Shown: positions 52,201 to 64,000 of the stretch, one piece after another
Numbering within the stretch: the stretch's first letter is position 1
Layout: each line of letters starts with the position of its first letter
NCBI GenBank assembly: GCA_965153455.1
Contig: OZ234493.1
Span: forward strand, 32,354,213 to 32,418,212
Direction: 5' to 3'
Origin: Sphagnum compactum
Taxonomy: Eukaryota
DNA: 64,000 nt
The notes under the pieces: generated by a model
Told to the model about the DNA's origin: nothing
Databases searched by the model: none
The model's input: only the letters and a program-made list of their open reading frames with translations
Translations under genes and position numbers: made by a program

Positions 52201-54525
52201 TTAAAACCCAAAAAATTAAATTATCAAATGAAATACTATTTTTTGATTACTCACTAATTAAAGAATATATTTGTGTAATTATGATAGTTTTCACAATAAA
52301 TTGAAAATGAATAATTCCAAAAAAAATTTAAATGATCAACAAGCTCCATGATATTTATTTTAAATAATATACTAATGTATCAATATGGTTTTGTCTGGTG
52401 TGACTTTGGGTTTCAGTGTTGTGGATTGAGTTTCACATGACTAGTTTATTTGCAATAACTGATATCTACTATTAGATACCATGACATCTTAGCAGCTTTG
52501 ACATTAATTATATTATTTGTAGAAATTTTTGTTTCAAAGAAAGAAAAATAAATTATTTTTCAAAGAATTGTTTTTTTTGGTGAAAGAATTTTTTTTTGGG
52601 GAAATATTCAAGAATATTAAAAATTTTGACATGAAAATTTCAAAACTCTAGTGATGATAATTTGGTGGAGCTAATTTAAGGAGGACATTTATAAGGTCCC
52701 ATATTATTTTCTCCTACCAAATTCCAACCCAAAATCGATTTAGCCCATTCTCAAGTAAAGGCATGGAAATGTGTCTTTTGGATCTGGGTCTCTTTAAAGT
52801 TTCATTTTTACAACACCATATTCACGAACAAATGTTCAATATCTTTTCGAACAATTTACATCCAATTTTTTTCAAATTAAATTTGAATTGAACTGAATCT
52901 AGTTAAATTGAAATTCAATTCAATTCAATTCAAATTCAAATTCCCCTTAATGAGTTCTATCTACTATATTTTGGGGTTTGTCTTGTTGTGCCATTATGCA
53001 ATTCCTATCCTAAATTGTGTTGTGCGATGTTTCATGTTTTGATGTTTTGTTAAAAGAACATTAGTTAATTTGTTGGCCTTGCATACCAAGGCAAGGATAT
53101 TGTGTTTAAATTCATTGTAGAGTATAGTAGTTTAAGGGATTTTGGCCCCCTAGGTAATAATAGGTCTATTTTTATATGGGGATTTTTGAAAGATGATATT
53201 TTGGCTTGTGTTGAAACTTGAGATTAGTTATAGAGTTATCATACCTTGAAGGATTTTGGTTTCTTTTAGAGGATGTTTTTGAAGATTATGTTTTTGCATG
53301 GTGAAATATTTGAATTTCCATAATTCTTCTTTTGCCTTAAGATACTTTTTAATGTAAATGGCAAGGCCATAGTGTGACATACCCCTTGTTTTACATGTTT
53401 TGTTATCTCAAGTCAAATTTGAACCCAACATCTTTCTTTTTAAAGACAAAGTACTACTAACAAGTAGCATAGATTATAACATTGAACATGATGACAATTT
53501 TTAAAAAAAATAACAAATGTGTAACATCAAAATAATCAAACCAAAATTTGTCAAACCCTAAACTCTGGTACAGAAAAACCAGCTGGCTTAAACAGTGCCA
53601 AACAATGATCATTAGGGTTTAAGGTTTAGCCTATTTCATCACCTAATGGCTTTGCCATTTTTGGCAAGTTCAAACTTCAAATTAAGAACGTCCCCTTATG
53701 GGATCTCAGTAGAGCTTCTTAGCTAAATGCATGCACTTCCATTGAACATGCCCATCCATCATCGCATACGCACACATAATACTCCAAATATCACTCACAC
53801 ATTGGGTCAAGTTCAAGCCAAAATGTTATGCCCCAAATCTTCCACCAATGGGAAGTCTAATCACTTCCCTATGGGAAGAGCCAATAAACCGATACACCCC
53901 TCTCCCCCCCTTCAAGCTATGAGGGTAAACTCAATCCTGAATAATTGAGAGGATCCTCCTCAAGGGCCCACAAGAATTATGGATCTACAACTGTTTGGGT
54001 TGGTGGGTCCTTGTCTAAAGAGCCATGGTTAAATGATTTTGGTAAGTCTAGAGGCTCCAAAAGAGGAGTGTGGTTCGTGTTTGGTTTTATTCACGACAAT
54101 GAAGATGATGACATGTGCCACTCTTGGTGCCCCACATGATTGCTTGGGAATAAATAATCTATAAAAATAATTAAAATAATATTTATTTAAAAAATATTTA
54201 TATTAAAAAAAAAAAACACCTCTTGTCTTCATCTAGAGCCTACAACCAAACAATCAGTTAGTTGTGTGACAAATTAAAATAATGATTAATTATGTATGTA
54301 TTGGTGCAAATTCTCTATCTTAAGGATCAAGTGTACGAATTCCTTCCTCTTGCACCTTACAAATCTATAAATTCTATTCGATTCATAATAACATTTGCTT
54401 TGTGCTTTTATTCCCGACATAAAGGGACCTTGGGATGAGTTGATACCCTAAAAGTTTTCACCTAAAATCATAAATTTTTTCAAATACACAAACATCCCAC
54501 ATTGCCACGATGTATGTTTGTGGGA

Positions 54526-54570
54526 AGGGTTTAGGGTTTAAGGTTTAGGGTTTAAACCCTAAACCCTAAA
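54526..54570. repeat. Short interstitial telomeric repeats in inverted (TTTAGGG)n-(CCCTAAA)n arrangement
   Basis: agggtttagggtttaaggtttagggtttaaaccctaaaccctaaa. Confidence 0.7.
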
Positions 54571-57067
54571 TCCCCTATCACCTAAGAAACTGAGAACCTT
54601 TTGGGTAGTTTGTGGAAATAGATCACGATACTACGTGGCATGGAATAAATAATTACATTATCTGTTATGTGGGTGGTGGGAACTATCAAATCTTGTACGA
54701 GGGAGATTTGGTTGGAGCTCCCTTTCCCTCAATTCACTAGACCAAATTGAATTTTTCTTTAGTTTTTGGTGCACAGAACTTGATTGACCCCTGAATGAAA
54801 TGATTGATTGCATAGCAAGTCTGGAGGTCTTTGCAACTCTCTCTTTCAATTGGGGGTGAGAGAGTAGGTGCATGAGTACATTGTGACAAAGATCATAATG
54901 TGGGTTGTTGGACAAGGCTCTCTACCATACATACAACTAGAAAGGGAACTTCCCAAGGTTTATTAGAACATGACCCTAGCCACCCTATCCGACACACAAA
55001 GAGCACGGGGGGGGGGGGGGGGTATGGATGAAAATTTCACATACTCATTATGCGGTTGTTACAGTAGAAGTTTGCATGATGATATGGGTGGTTTTCCGTA
55101 CTATGGAATGGACTCGGTAGGGTGAGACGCCATTCCATGAGACACCAGGTTAACTGCTGGTTCTAGTCTGGGTTACCAATTCTCAGATTTCTGAGGAACA
55201 AGGTAACCCAGACTAAACCCTAAACCCTTAAAGAACCACCCCCAAGATTAATTTGGGAAATCAATTTACTTTAGGCACCAGCAGAGCGTGTTGGCCAGCT
55301 GATTTTCACATCCTCAATTTAGGGGAAATATTTTTAGTACATATATATGGCCATCAATTCAAGAACCACCCAAGTTTGCTAGGCTTTTCAATTTTACAAT
55401 CATTAATTCAAGGCCAAATTCCAATAATAAGAAAAAGGAAAAGGAAAAAGAGATTAATATTATAATCACAGAATATAATCATATAATAATAATAATAATA
55501 ATAATATCATAATAATAAGTAAGACTCAAGAGTCAAGAGATATAATATAAAATAATGGTAAAATAAATCTAGAATCTATAGAGAGAGAGAAAGGGGGGGG
55601 CGGGGGGGGGGGGAGCTATGTGTGGATATTTTAGACAATGTCGAAAAGTGTGCAATAATTGACAAGCTTCCGGAAATCGGCCTTTCATCCCCCTCCCCCC
55701 CTTCTTCCCCCTCCTCCTAATTAGCCCCTTTTGGGGCACGACCTGCCTAGTTAACGTTACGTAAGACTCCTGCTAATTAGCCACTTTACATAGTTACCTT
55801 GCTAATTAGCCCCTTTCCATAGCAACCCTGCATTCGCGCGAAGAGGACGAGAGCGTTGGCCCAGCTCCTTGAGCGTTGTTTCGCTCGCTCCCGCGCGCGC
55901 GCGCGCGCCCGCGCATGGACGGTGTTGTCGCGCGCTTGTCTCGATTCTTCTTCTTCGATTAACCAGCCAGCGACGATAGATACATGTGGATCAGGCCGTT
56001 CTGCGCTGGTCGCCTCGTTCTTGTGCGCCTGTTGTTGTTGTTGTTTTGCTTTCATTATCCTGAATATGACTTGGTAAAAGAATCCGGTTGTGTCAATTAG
56101 GCAGTCTGGCAGCAAGATCAACATCTACAGCTAATCTTCTACTACAGCTAACTAATAATTTTCTTGTTTTCTGTTTTCTTGTTTGCTCTGCATGATGCTG
56201 CGCGCAGCTTCGTCTCATTTCTTCCAGCCTGTGATCGTCGTCGGCCGTGGCTACTTTTGTTTTCTGGAACTTCTTCTGGTAAATTTCCTGATTCCTCCGC
56301 TGAAATTTTCTTTCTCCAAGGTAGGCGCTAGTTAACATTGTTGTGAAGAACAGTAGAATAATATAGACTCTAGATTCATGATGATGATGATGATGGGATC
56401 ATGATGCGATGATCCATCCGATCATCATGATGTGAAGATATAAACAGCAGGTGGTGCTTGATCATCTTCTACCTGAGGTATTTCGTTTCTTTTGTTACAG
56501 TAGTTTAGTTGACGAGAGCAGATTGCACGATCCGCGAGTGTCTCATTTGCGAGAATTTCACATGTCTGTAGAAATATATCTATAGACTGTACTCCACGGA
56601 CGTGATTCATTCATTTCACGGGTTTTTAATTTGTCCCCGAATTTGGTCATTGCATGATTCTGGACATCATCGGGAATCCACTTCGCTGTAATAATATTCA
56701 ACGAGGGTGCTCAGAGACTGAGAGGTATTCTCGGACTCGGTTGAATATTTTTGAGACCTGTGTTTGTAGAATTGAGTGCATAGCTGGTCTGCACTTTGAA
56801 GAGGTTCAAGCCGTTGCTACTAGTTTTTTTTTTCCCGTTATAAGGTAGCTGACGATCAAAGTATGTGCCGCTGCCTTTGGCGGTGATCATGTTCCTTAGA
56901 GGAGGGACGGATCAGAATTCAAGGGATAGTAGTACTGGAGAAGCACTAGTTTAGAGATCTGCTGCGGTGATCAGGATTGGGGTCCTGCAGGAGGCTGGAG
57001 TTTTCGCAGCGGTCTTTGAAAGGTGCTGCTAGTACACGTACTTGTTGTCCGCGGAAAGTTTTCTATC

Positions 57068-58573
57068 ATGCAGATGCTGCAACAACTCCTGTCGTCGCCG
57101 CAAGGGCGGCGCATACAAAGAGCACTTAATAACATGAAGATCACCGTAATGTGCGGCCTGATGACGATTCTAGTATTGCGGGGAACAATCGGGGCTGGCT
57201 ATTTTGGAACCCCGGTGCAGGATTACGAGGAAATCCGGGCGCATCTGCAGTCGTCCACCAGAGGAGCTGCGCACGCGAAACGAGCTCTAGCTGAAGTCGA
57301 AGAGAAATCAGGTTTCAAGAGCAGCAGCGGTCGAACGATGCCTGTAGCAGAAATCCAGCAAGAAGAAGTCTACAACGTGACGAAGAACAACGTTTGGAAC
57401 GCTGGGCTCCAGGGCTTCTCAGCAGCAGCAGTCACAGAAGACTGGGATGCGCAACGCAGTCAGTGGAAGCTCCAGAATGATCCTAATGTCAGCACGAGTA
57501 CGGTTGTCCCGCGATCAGGGTTGCAGCTGCAGCCTCGCATGCTCCTGGTCACAGGATCGCAGCCACAACACTGCGAGAATCCCGTGGGCGATCACTATCT
57601 GTTGAAATCGTTCAAGAACAAACTAGATTACTGCCGCTTGCATAGTATGGAAATGTTCTACAACACGGCAGATCTGGATCATCTCATGACAGGGTTTTGG
57701 ACCAAGCTCCCGTTGCTGCGCAACTTGATGCTGGGCCACCCGGAGGTGGAGTGGCTATGGTGGATGGACAGCGATGCCATGTTCACCGACATGTCGTTCC
57801 AGGTTCCATTGGAGAAGTACCAGAGCTACAACCTGGTCTTGCATGGCTTCAACGATTCTGTCTACAAGAACAAAAGCTGGACAGGTCTCAACACGGGAAG
57901 CTTCCTCATCCGCAACTGTCAGTGGTCCCTGGATCTGCTCGACGCCTGGTCACCCATGGGACCTAAAGGCAGCATTCGAGACAAAGCGGGTACGTCGTGT
58001 CGTCTGTCACGATTCCCTAGCTCTCTTAAGATGTTCCCTAGAACTCGGGTTGTTTCTTTTTCTGGAGACTGCGGATCACTGAATTAGGGATGATGATGCG
58101 TGATCATGACTCATCTTGTTGGCCGGCTGCCTGCAGGTGAGTTGTTGTCACAGAGTCTGGTAGGAAGGCCCAGTTTTGAAGCTGACGATCAGTCCGCGCT
58201 CGTGTACTTGTTGATCACACAAACGGCCAAGTGGGCCAACAAAGTTTTTCTGGAAAGTACGTACTTCTTGCACGGATACTGGGTAGAATTGGTAGAGAAA
58301 TACGAAGCGATGATGGAGAAGTACCATCCGGGTTTGGGAGATGAGCGGTGGCCCTTGGTGACACACTTTGTGGGCTGCAAGCCCTGCAGTCAAAACTCGG
58401 GCGATTACCCTATGGAAAAATGCGTGAAGCAAATGGAGAGGGCTTTCAATTTTGGTGATAACCAAATCCTTGACATCTATGGCTACCAGCACAAATCTCT
58501 TGAACAACCGGACGTCAAGCGCATCTTGAGAAGTACCGACACATCTGATTCAGACCCTTTGAAGCTCTCGTAG
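57068..58573 (+). CDS. Glycosyltransferase family 34 (xyloglucan 6-xylosyltransferase / galactomannan galactosyltransferase-like), type II Golgi membrane protein, 2 exons
   Basis: Exons 57068-57989 and 58137-58573 (~452 aa). TM segment KITVMCGLMTILVLRGTIG; motifs LLVTGSQP, GDHYLLKSFKNKLDYCRLH, EWLWWMDSDAMFTD (DxD), GLNTGSFLIRNCQWSLDLLDAW, FEADDQSAL, RWPLVTHFVGCKPC. Probable 5'UTR intron ~56321-56990. Confidence 0.95.
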
Positions 58574-61500
58574 GAACGTCTACAGTGGCTTATAAAGAAG
58601 TATGCTACATTTGCCTTTCATGCTCTGGAGGGTGGGTGGTCATGTAGATTTCAGCTGAGAAAATACACATGTCCCTTGGACATCTTTTGACTGATCTGAA
58701 CCCAAGTTTTTCCCCGCAGCTGCAGCAGGGACTGACCCAAAGTGAGTTTCACCCCAATACTAGTATACAAACAAAACATACTGCAAATCTTAACAGGTAA
58801 ATGGGCCAGTGGCTACCCTGCAGCCTGCTTCTCCTATGTAAGAGTCTGCAGATAGATGCAAGAGACGTAGCGGTCTCAGTGATGTCCATTTTCTTTTAAA
58901 CTCTAGATCCTGTATCTAATGCAGACTCTTTTTTTGGTGTACTATATAGACAGCAATCTTCTCCATCCTGCCCCAAGTTTCAGTCAGTGATGACACGGTA
59001 TATGATCTCAAGACAAATTACTGCTTTGTATATGTCTTTTTTGGTGTTCATATCTTGCTGCCACGTTGTTTCATGGGGGCTTCATGCTTCATCTATGTTG
59101 TGTTCCTTTTCTCACTTGCCAATCGCATGTTGCATCTGTGATATCAATGAGAGAGAGAAAGAGAGAGAGAGAGAGCCTTCGGAGTAGCTTACAGTGGGTG
59201 GGATTGTTCTCTGCCACTGCAATGATTACAATGTTGCTTAATTGCATGTTTACTTTGAGGGGTCTGCTAACTAACTAGTGAACAAAGAACTTTGAGATTC
59301 TTGTCAGGGTTGTTGCACATTCAGTAGTTAGAAAGTCTGCTTATCTTTTTGGTTCTCGGATTTTCTTTTCTCTGTTGCTAGTCATTGCCGTGACTTAGAA
59401 CTTGCTAATTGCTGCTACCATTCATCTTCTCTAGTTCATGATTGCAACCCGATTGCAAGGAGATTTATTTCTTTCCTCAATGATATCTGACATTTGTTAG
59501 TACCCAAGAAGATGGGTACAATGACTCTATTGCCCCTGAAGCAGATGGAAACCTGCTGCACCTGAAGAAGGAGAATCTCTTCATCAGTTTTTGAATACCT
59601 TGAACTTTGAAGCAGCTGGGCTCTGGTAACCCTTTTCAATCTTTAGAGACAACAAGGACTTGCTCTTACAAAACACAAAGTGTGGTGTAATTCGAGCTTT
59701 TTTGCACAACATGAGCAGCCCAGTGGTGAAAAATATAAAAATCTGTTTGTCTTCGTGCTTGCATAGTTTGTGAGGTTTCTCTGGATTGTGAAAAACTGGC
59801 TAATATTGTTTCCAGAGATATTGTGAGCCATTTCAGGGTGTCGCATGTAGGTTTTCTGAAATCCTTTCCTGGGCCTACTGCTGCTCTGTCTACTCATAGG
59901 TAAGACAACCTTCTCACTCTTGCTCCATCCTCCTCTCCCAGGTGTTGATCACATTATATTGTTTGGGTGAGAGAGCAATGGATGTCACTAAAAGCCTTGA
60001 CAAGCTATAATGTGTGGAAATGATATTAGCTTAGAGAGACTCTTTAAGTTTTAGCTTTACTTTTCCTGCATATATGTTTGGATTGAATTCATGTGCAGAT
60101 CACTTTAGAGACAGAAAAAGATAGATCCCAGAAACACTTGCATATAAGGCTCCAGCTTCATTGTATGAGTTTGACATGCAATTTTGCTGTGCGCCTAACT
60201 ACCATTTGTCAAAAGCACCCCTTGGAGTAGGTGTAAGGTACCGTCATGCACCTAAAGAGTAGGCACAAGGTCTCCTCCACACCATTCCTTTTTGAAGTTG
60301 ATGCAATTGTGCATATTCGTTTTGCACTCACAACCAATAATATGCCTATTGTACTGGTTGAATGCACTTGGGGTTCAAACAAAACCACTAAAATGATCAT
60401 GTAACATGGTTAGGTCATTTGAAAATAAAAATGAAACTCTCATTACACCATCTCACTAGAAATGTCAATATGGCTTTTAACCAACCATCAATTGATATTA
60501 TTGTCCTTGTCTGAATAATATTATGTTATTTTGGGAAAAAATTAACCAATTTGTAAGTTTCATTCCTGATGGGGGAGTGTGATCCATATGCTTTTTAATT
60601 GTTGATTTCTAGTCAAACTAAAAAAAATGGATGAAAGTTTGGGTAATTTTTTTGTACAAAGTCTCAAAATGATACCTATACAAAGTTGGCCTGATTTCAA
60701 ATATGGCCTTTTTGGTTCATTTTTTGTCCTTTGAAAACAGAGTAGTACTTGTAAGGTTGTACACTTTATTCTGCCAGTTTCTTGGGAAAATGGAAATCAA
60801 TCTTCGTCGTTAGATATAATTTCCAATAATTGGAAATGGAAGTTCCAAACAAAGTTCATTTGCATCTCACATATCAAAATGGAATTCATGGGATTTGTCA
60901 AATTCATCTATAGACAAAAACACACTCAAGAATGGGAGAAAATTTTCAAAAATCTTTACATGCAGTAGATACTCAAGTTGGCAAATGGGATCACCAAACC
61001 AAAAGCAAAAGAAAGGTAATAATTGGACAACAACACATTGGACCTTGTAGGAGGAAATGAATGTCCAAATTATGGTTTTATTCAATTTTTGTGATATCTA
61101 AAATTTGGCGAAATTTTCCAATAAAGAGAAAAATTAGTCCAATTTACACTTGAAAAACAAATGTTTGTGAAAAAAATTCCAATTTTTGGAAAAAAATCAT
61201 TGGTCAAAAACCTAGTAAAAGTTAAAATATGCACAATTAATAGATGAACTAATCTTAAACCCTAAACCCTACACAAACGCTGGATATTGTACTCTTACTC
61301 AATTGATGCCAAGCTTTATGGGACCATGCCTTTAGTCAGGGATTACACATTCACTTGCGTTTACAACACCTCATTAGAGTATAACACTATAAGTACCTTC
61401 GACCTTCCAATGGTAATTTTTAAAATTTTAGACAAATAATTTCTTAAAAAATCAACATTTTGCAAAAAAATTTACTTATTGCCAAACATGAAAAAGTTAC

Positions 61501-61727
61501 TATGATAATTGTTTTTGTGTAGGATAAAGCCTCAAAGTGGGGTTGCATTCTTAGAAGAAGAGACCTACTAGGATGAGGCCATAGTCGAGTTTGGCCCAAC
61601 ATTTTGGGCATGTTCCATCTCCATGGGCTTTACCCATCGGAAAGCAAAAGCAAAGACTATATCATGAACCTAAACATATATACATCGCGAGGCTCAAGGA
61701 GTCACGGACGTCACACTTATGAGTGAT

Positions 61728-61767
61728 AGGGATCTTACACCTACTTATAAGTAGGTGTAAGATCCCT
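61728..61767. repeat. Perfect 40-bp palindrome
   Basis: AGGGATCTTACACCTACTTA|TAAGTAGGTGTAAGATCCCT. Confidence 0.9.
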
Positions 61768-63642
61768 CCTACCTTATAGGTATACGATCCTTGCCAACTC
61801 ATAAGGAGTAGGCATAATAATATTCCTTGTTTTTTGTAAGAATGATCTTCATGAATATATAAGGCACGTAATTCCAAACTAGTGTGAACCCGGTGCATAA
61901 TGCACCCGTCGAGCTCCCCTCTGCTCAGTCCTTCCCATTGCCCACTCCGGTTTTTTATCCCGTCGACCCCCTCTGTCCTTCGCATTTTTCACTCCGATTC
62001 TTTAACCCGTTGATCCTCCCCCCCCCCAGTTCCCTGTTATATATAATTAATTTCTCGCCCCGTGCTGGCCCCCCCTCGCCCCGTTACTAAGCCCTGTCAT
62101 AGAAAATGCACTGCTCGGTTCTGCCATAGAAAATGCAGAGGGGGGTTCTGTCATAGAATTGCAGCAGAATTGTCGTGTCAGACGCACAAACAGACTTGCT
62201 GAATTAATATATAAGATATACATAAGAATTTTCTCCAAGTGCTTTATGAAGTTTTTTAAAAGGCTCCATCCAAAGGGAGGTAAGAAGGAGGCAAATGAAT
62301 TGAGATTGGACACTTATGTCAAAAGATCTCCTCCATTTATAATATTTATCTCATTTTATTTCATTGATGAGCAATTTCAGTATATTTCTTAAAATTTCAC
62401 ATTAAAAGATAAAAATTTGTTATGCATATAACATGAATGAGTTAGTTTGAAGTGCTATATTATGTTTAATATAAAATAAATTTATTTGAAATATGATGGC
62501 GTGGGTTTTTGTGTAATTTAACATCTTTACTAGTAACGAGAAAGCTCACCACAACAGTCACAAATAAGAAAAGTGGAAATAAAGAAAGAAAAGACTTCTA
62601 CTTTGCTTTTATTACCAAATGCCAATTTTTGATACAAAAAGGCTGATAAATTTTTTAAATAGTGATTATCGTTGACGAATAACAATCAAACATTTGGACA
62701 ATGGTTTTTTTTTTTTTGTTGGCAAATTTTCGCATCCTGGCTAAAAAGGAAAAGAAGGAAATTGGAATTTTTTCCATTTATTCCCTTTTAAAAAAAATTT
62801 AAATCGCCAACTTTCAAATAATTTGGTAATTTGTGAACATTGCAAAAAAAGAAGAAGAAGTAATTACTATGAAATTTTATTTTTTTTGAATGAATTTTAT
62901 TTTAAAAATAAAATAAAACAAACTAAATCTAGGAAAATAATAAAATATTTATAAAATTAAATAATTTAAAAGTCAAAATACAAATGATTGAAAATAATAA
63001 AATAACAATAATAATGTTTTTTCTAAGAACAGGACTTCCACGAAAAACCATGCAACACGAGAATTTGACAGTAGTTACGCAGAAAGCTTGAATTACCCCG
63101 ACAGCTCATTGTCACTTGATCTAGCGGTTGAGATTTGCCTACACGATGAGACCAGGGTCCGCAGATGATCATCCGGCAGTCGAGAACGTGCCACGTAGTG
63201 GAAGTTACCGCGGCTTCTATACCCGCGCATCCCTATCCCTGCTCTTCCCTTCCCTTCCGCGTTGCCGGCTTCCTTGCTGTGTGTAGGGTGGGTCTCTCGC
63301 TCGCCATCGCTGCCGCTGCTGTTGCCGTTGTAGAACACACCACGACCACCACGACGTCGTTGCGGCGGAGCTCGTGTTTTTTTGCCTCCCGCATTCCATT
63401 CTCGTTTGCACATCGCACGAGAACGTCTCTACATTTTTCGGCTTCCAATAAGTCTTTTTAGATTTTTTGTTTAATAGATTCTTTTTTAGTGGTTTTTTTT
63501 TTTTTTTTTTTTTTTTTGTTTTCATCTGTTCTTCGGGGCTATCAAGAATTTCTTCGGGCTCAGTTAGCAGAGTGTCCTTCTCAGAGAGAGTGAGAGAAGA
63601 AGTCGGGTGGGGTGCTAGGGGGAGTGGGAAGAACAAGTCGTG

Positions 63643-63699
63643 ATGGCAGAACGAGCATGCGTGCAGCGACTCCAAAAGGAATTCAGGGCGATGTGTAAG
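63643..63699 (+). CDS. UBC34: First exon of a ubiquitin-conjugating enzyme E2, UBC33/UBC34 (Ubc6/UBE2J2) type; gene continues beyond the window
   Basis: MAERACVQRLQKEFRAMCK followed by donor AAG|gtgaag closely matches the plant UBC33/34 N-terminus (MAEKACIKRLQKEYRALCK). Confidence 0.75.
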
Positions 63700-64000
63700 G
63701 TGAAGGAAGAATCTGTGCCCCTTTTCTTTCTTTTTCTGGTCTTGTTTTCCTTCTTTGAAAGAACTCTTTTTTTTTTATGGAACACGAAGGTTCGGATCAT
63801 CATCCTGTGGAAGTTTAGAGTCCCGACCGGAACTATAGCTTCCAACTTTGATAGGATTGTTATACAAAAACAACGAATGTTGAACACTCGTCCTCCTCAG
63901 CTGTGGTGGTGATGATGTTCCTGCAACAACGGTGAACCCTAATTCTGGGGTTTGTACTGCAAGATGTTTGCCCTAGTTTAGGGCAATAGACGGCGAATCT

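Noticed and set aside
63093-63640. Several overlapping 70-150 aa ORFs
   Set aside because: Low-complexity promoter/5'UTR of the E2 gene (poly-T and GC-rich tracts), with no protein-like features.
17363-63699. Functional 'ubiquitin cluster' (OTU, F-box, CUE, E2 within ~46 kb)
   Set aside because: Ubiquitin-system genes are very numerous in plants, the OTU belongs to a dead transposon, and nothing in the sequence shows co-regulation.

Overview
Eukaryotic, intron-containing land-plant DNA. The gene set, AT-rich intergenic DNA, TTTAGGG motifs and repeat landscape suggest a moss, possibly Sphagnum (inference). I reconstructed six protein-coding genes by hand from GT-AG splice sites: (1) an acidic Ala/Glu/Pro-rich, probably disordered protein with three basic amphipathic segments (8377-11273); (2) an F-box/kelch protein (26389-28176); (3) an intronless CUE-domain protein (32309-33202, minus strand); (4) a 7-exon, probably plastid-targeted protein with a cyanobacterial DUF1818-like domain and two CDxxGC motifs (45470-48112); (5) a GT34 xyloglucan xylosyl/galactosyltransferase (57068-58573); (6) the first exon of a UBC33/34-type E2 (63643 onward). 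Mobile DNA includes a decayed Helentron-type rolling-circle element (OTU protease + HUH Rep + PIF1 helicase + AP endonuclease) preceded by two oppositely oriented ~140-bp tandem arrays, a young GC-rich hAT element with perfect TIRs and TSD, LINE, CACTA, Harbinger and MULE remnants, foldback repeats and a tRNA-like sequence. All family assignments come from motif recognition; no database searches were run.
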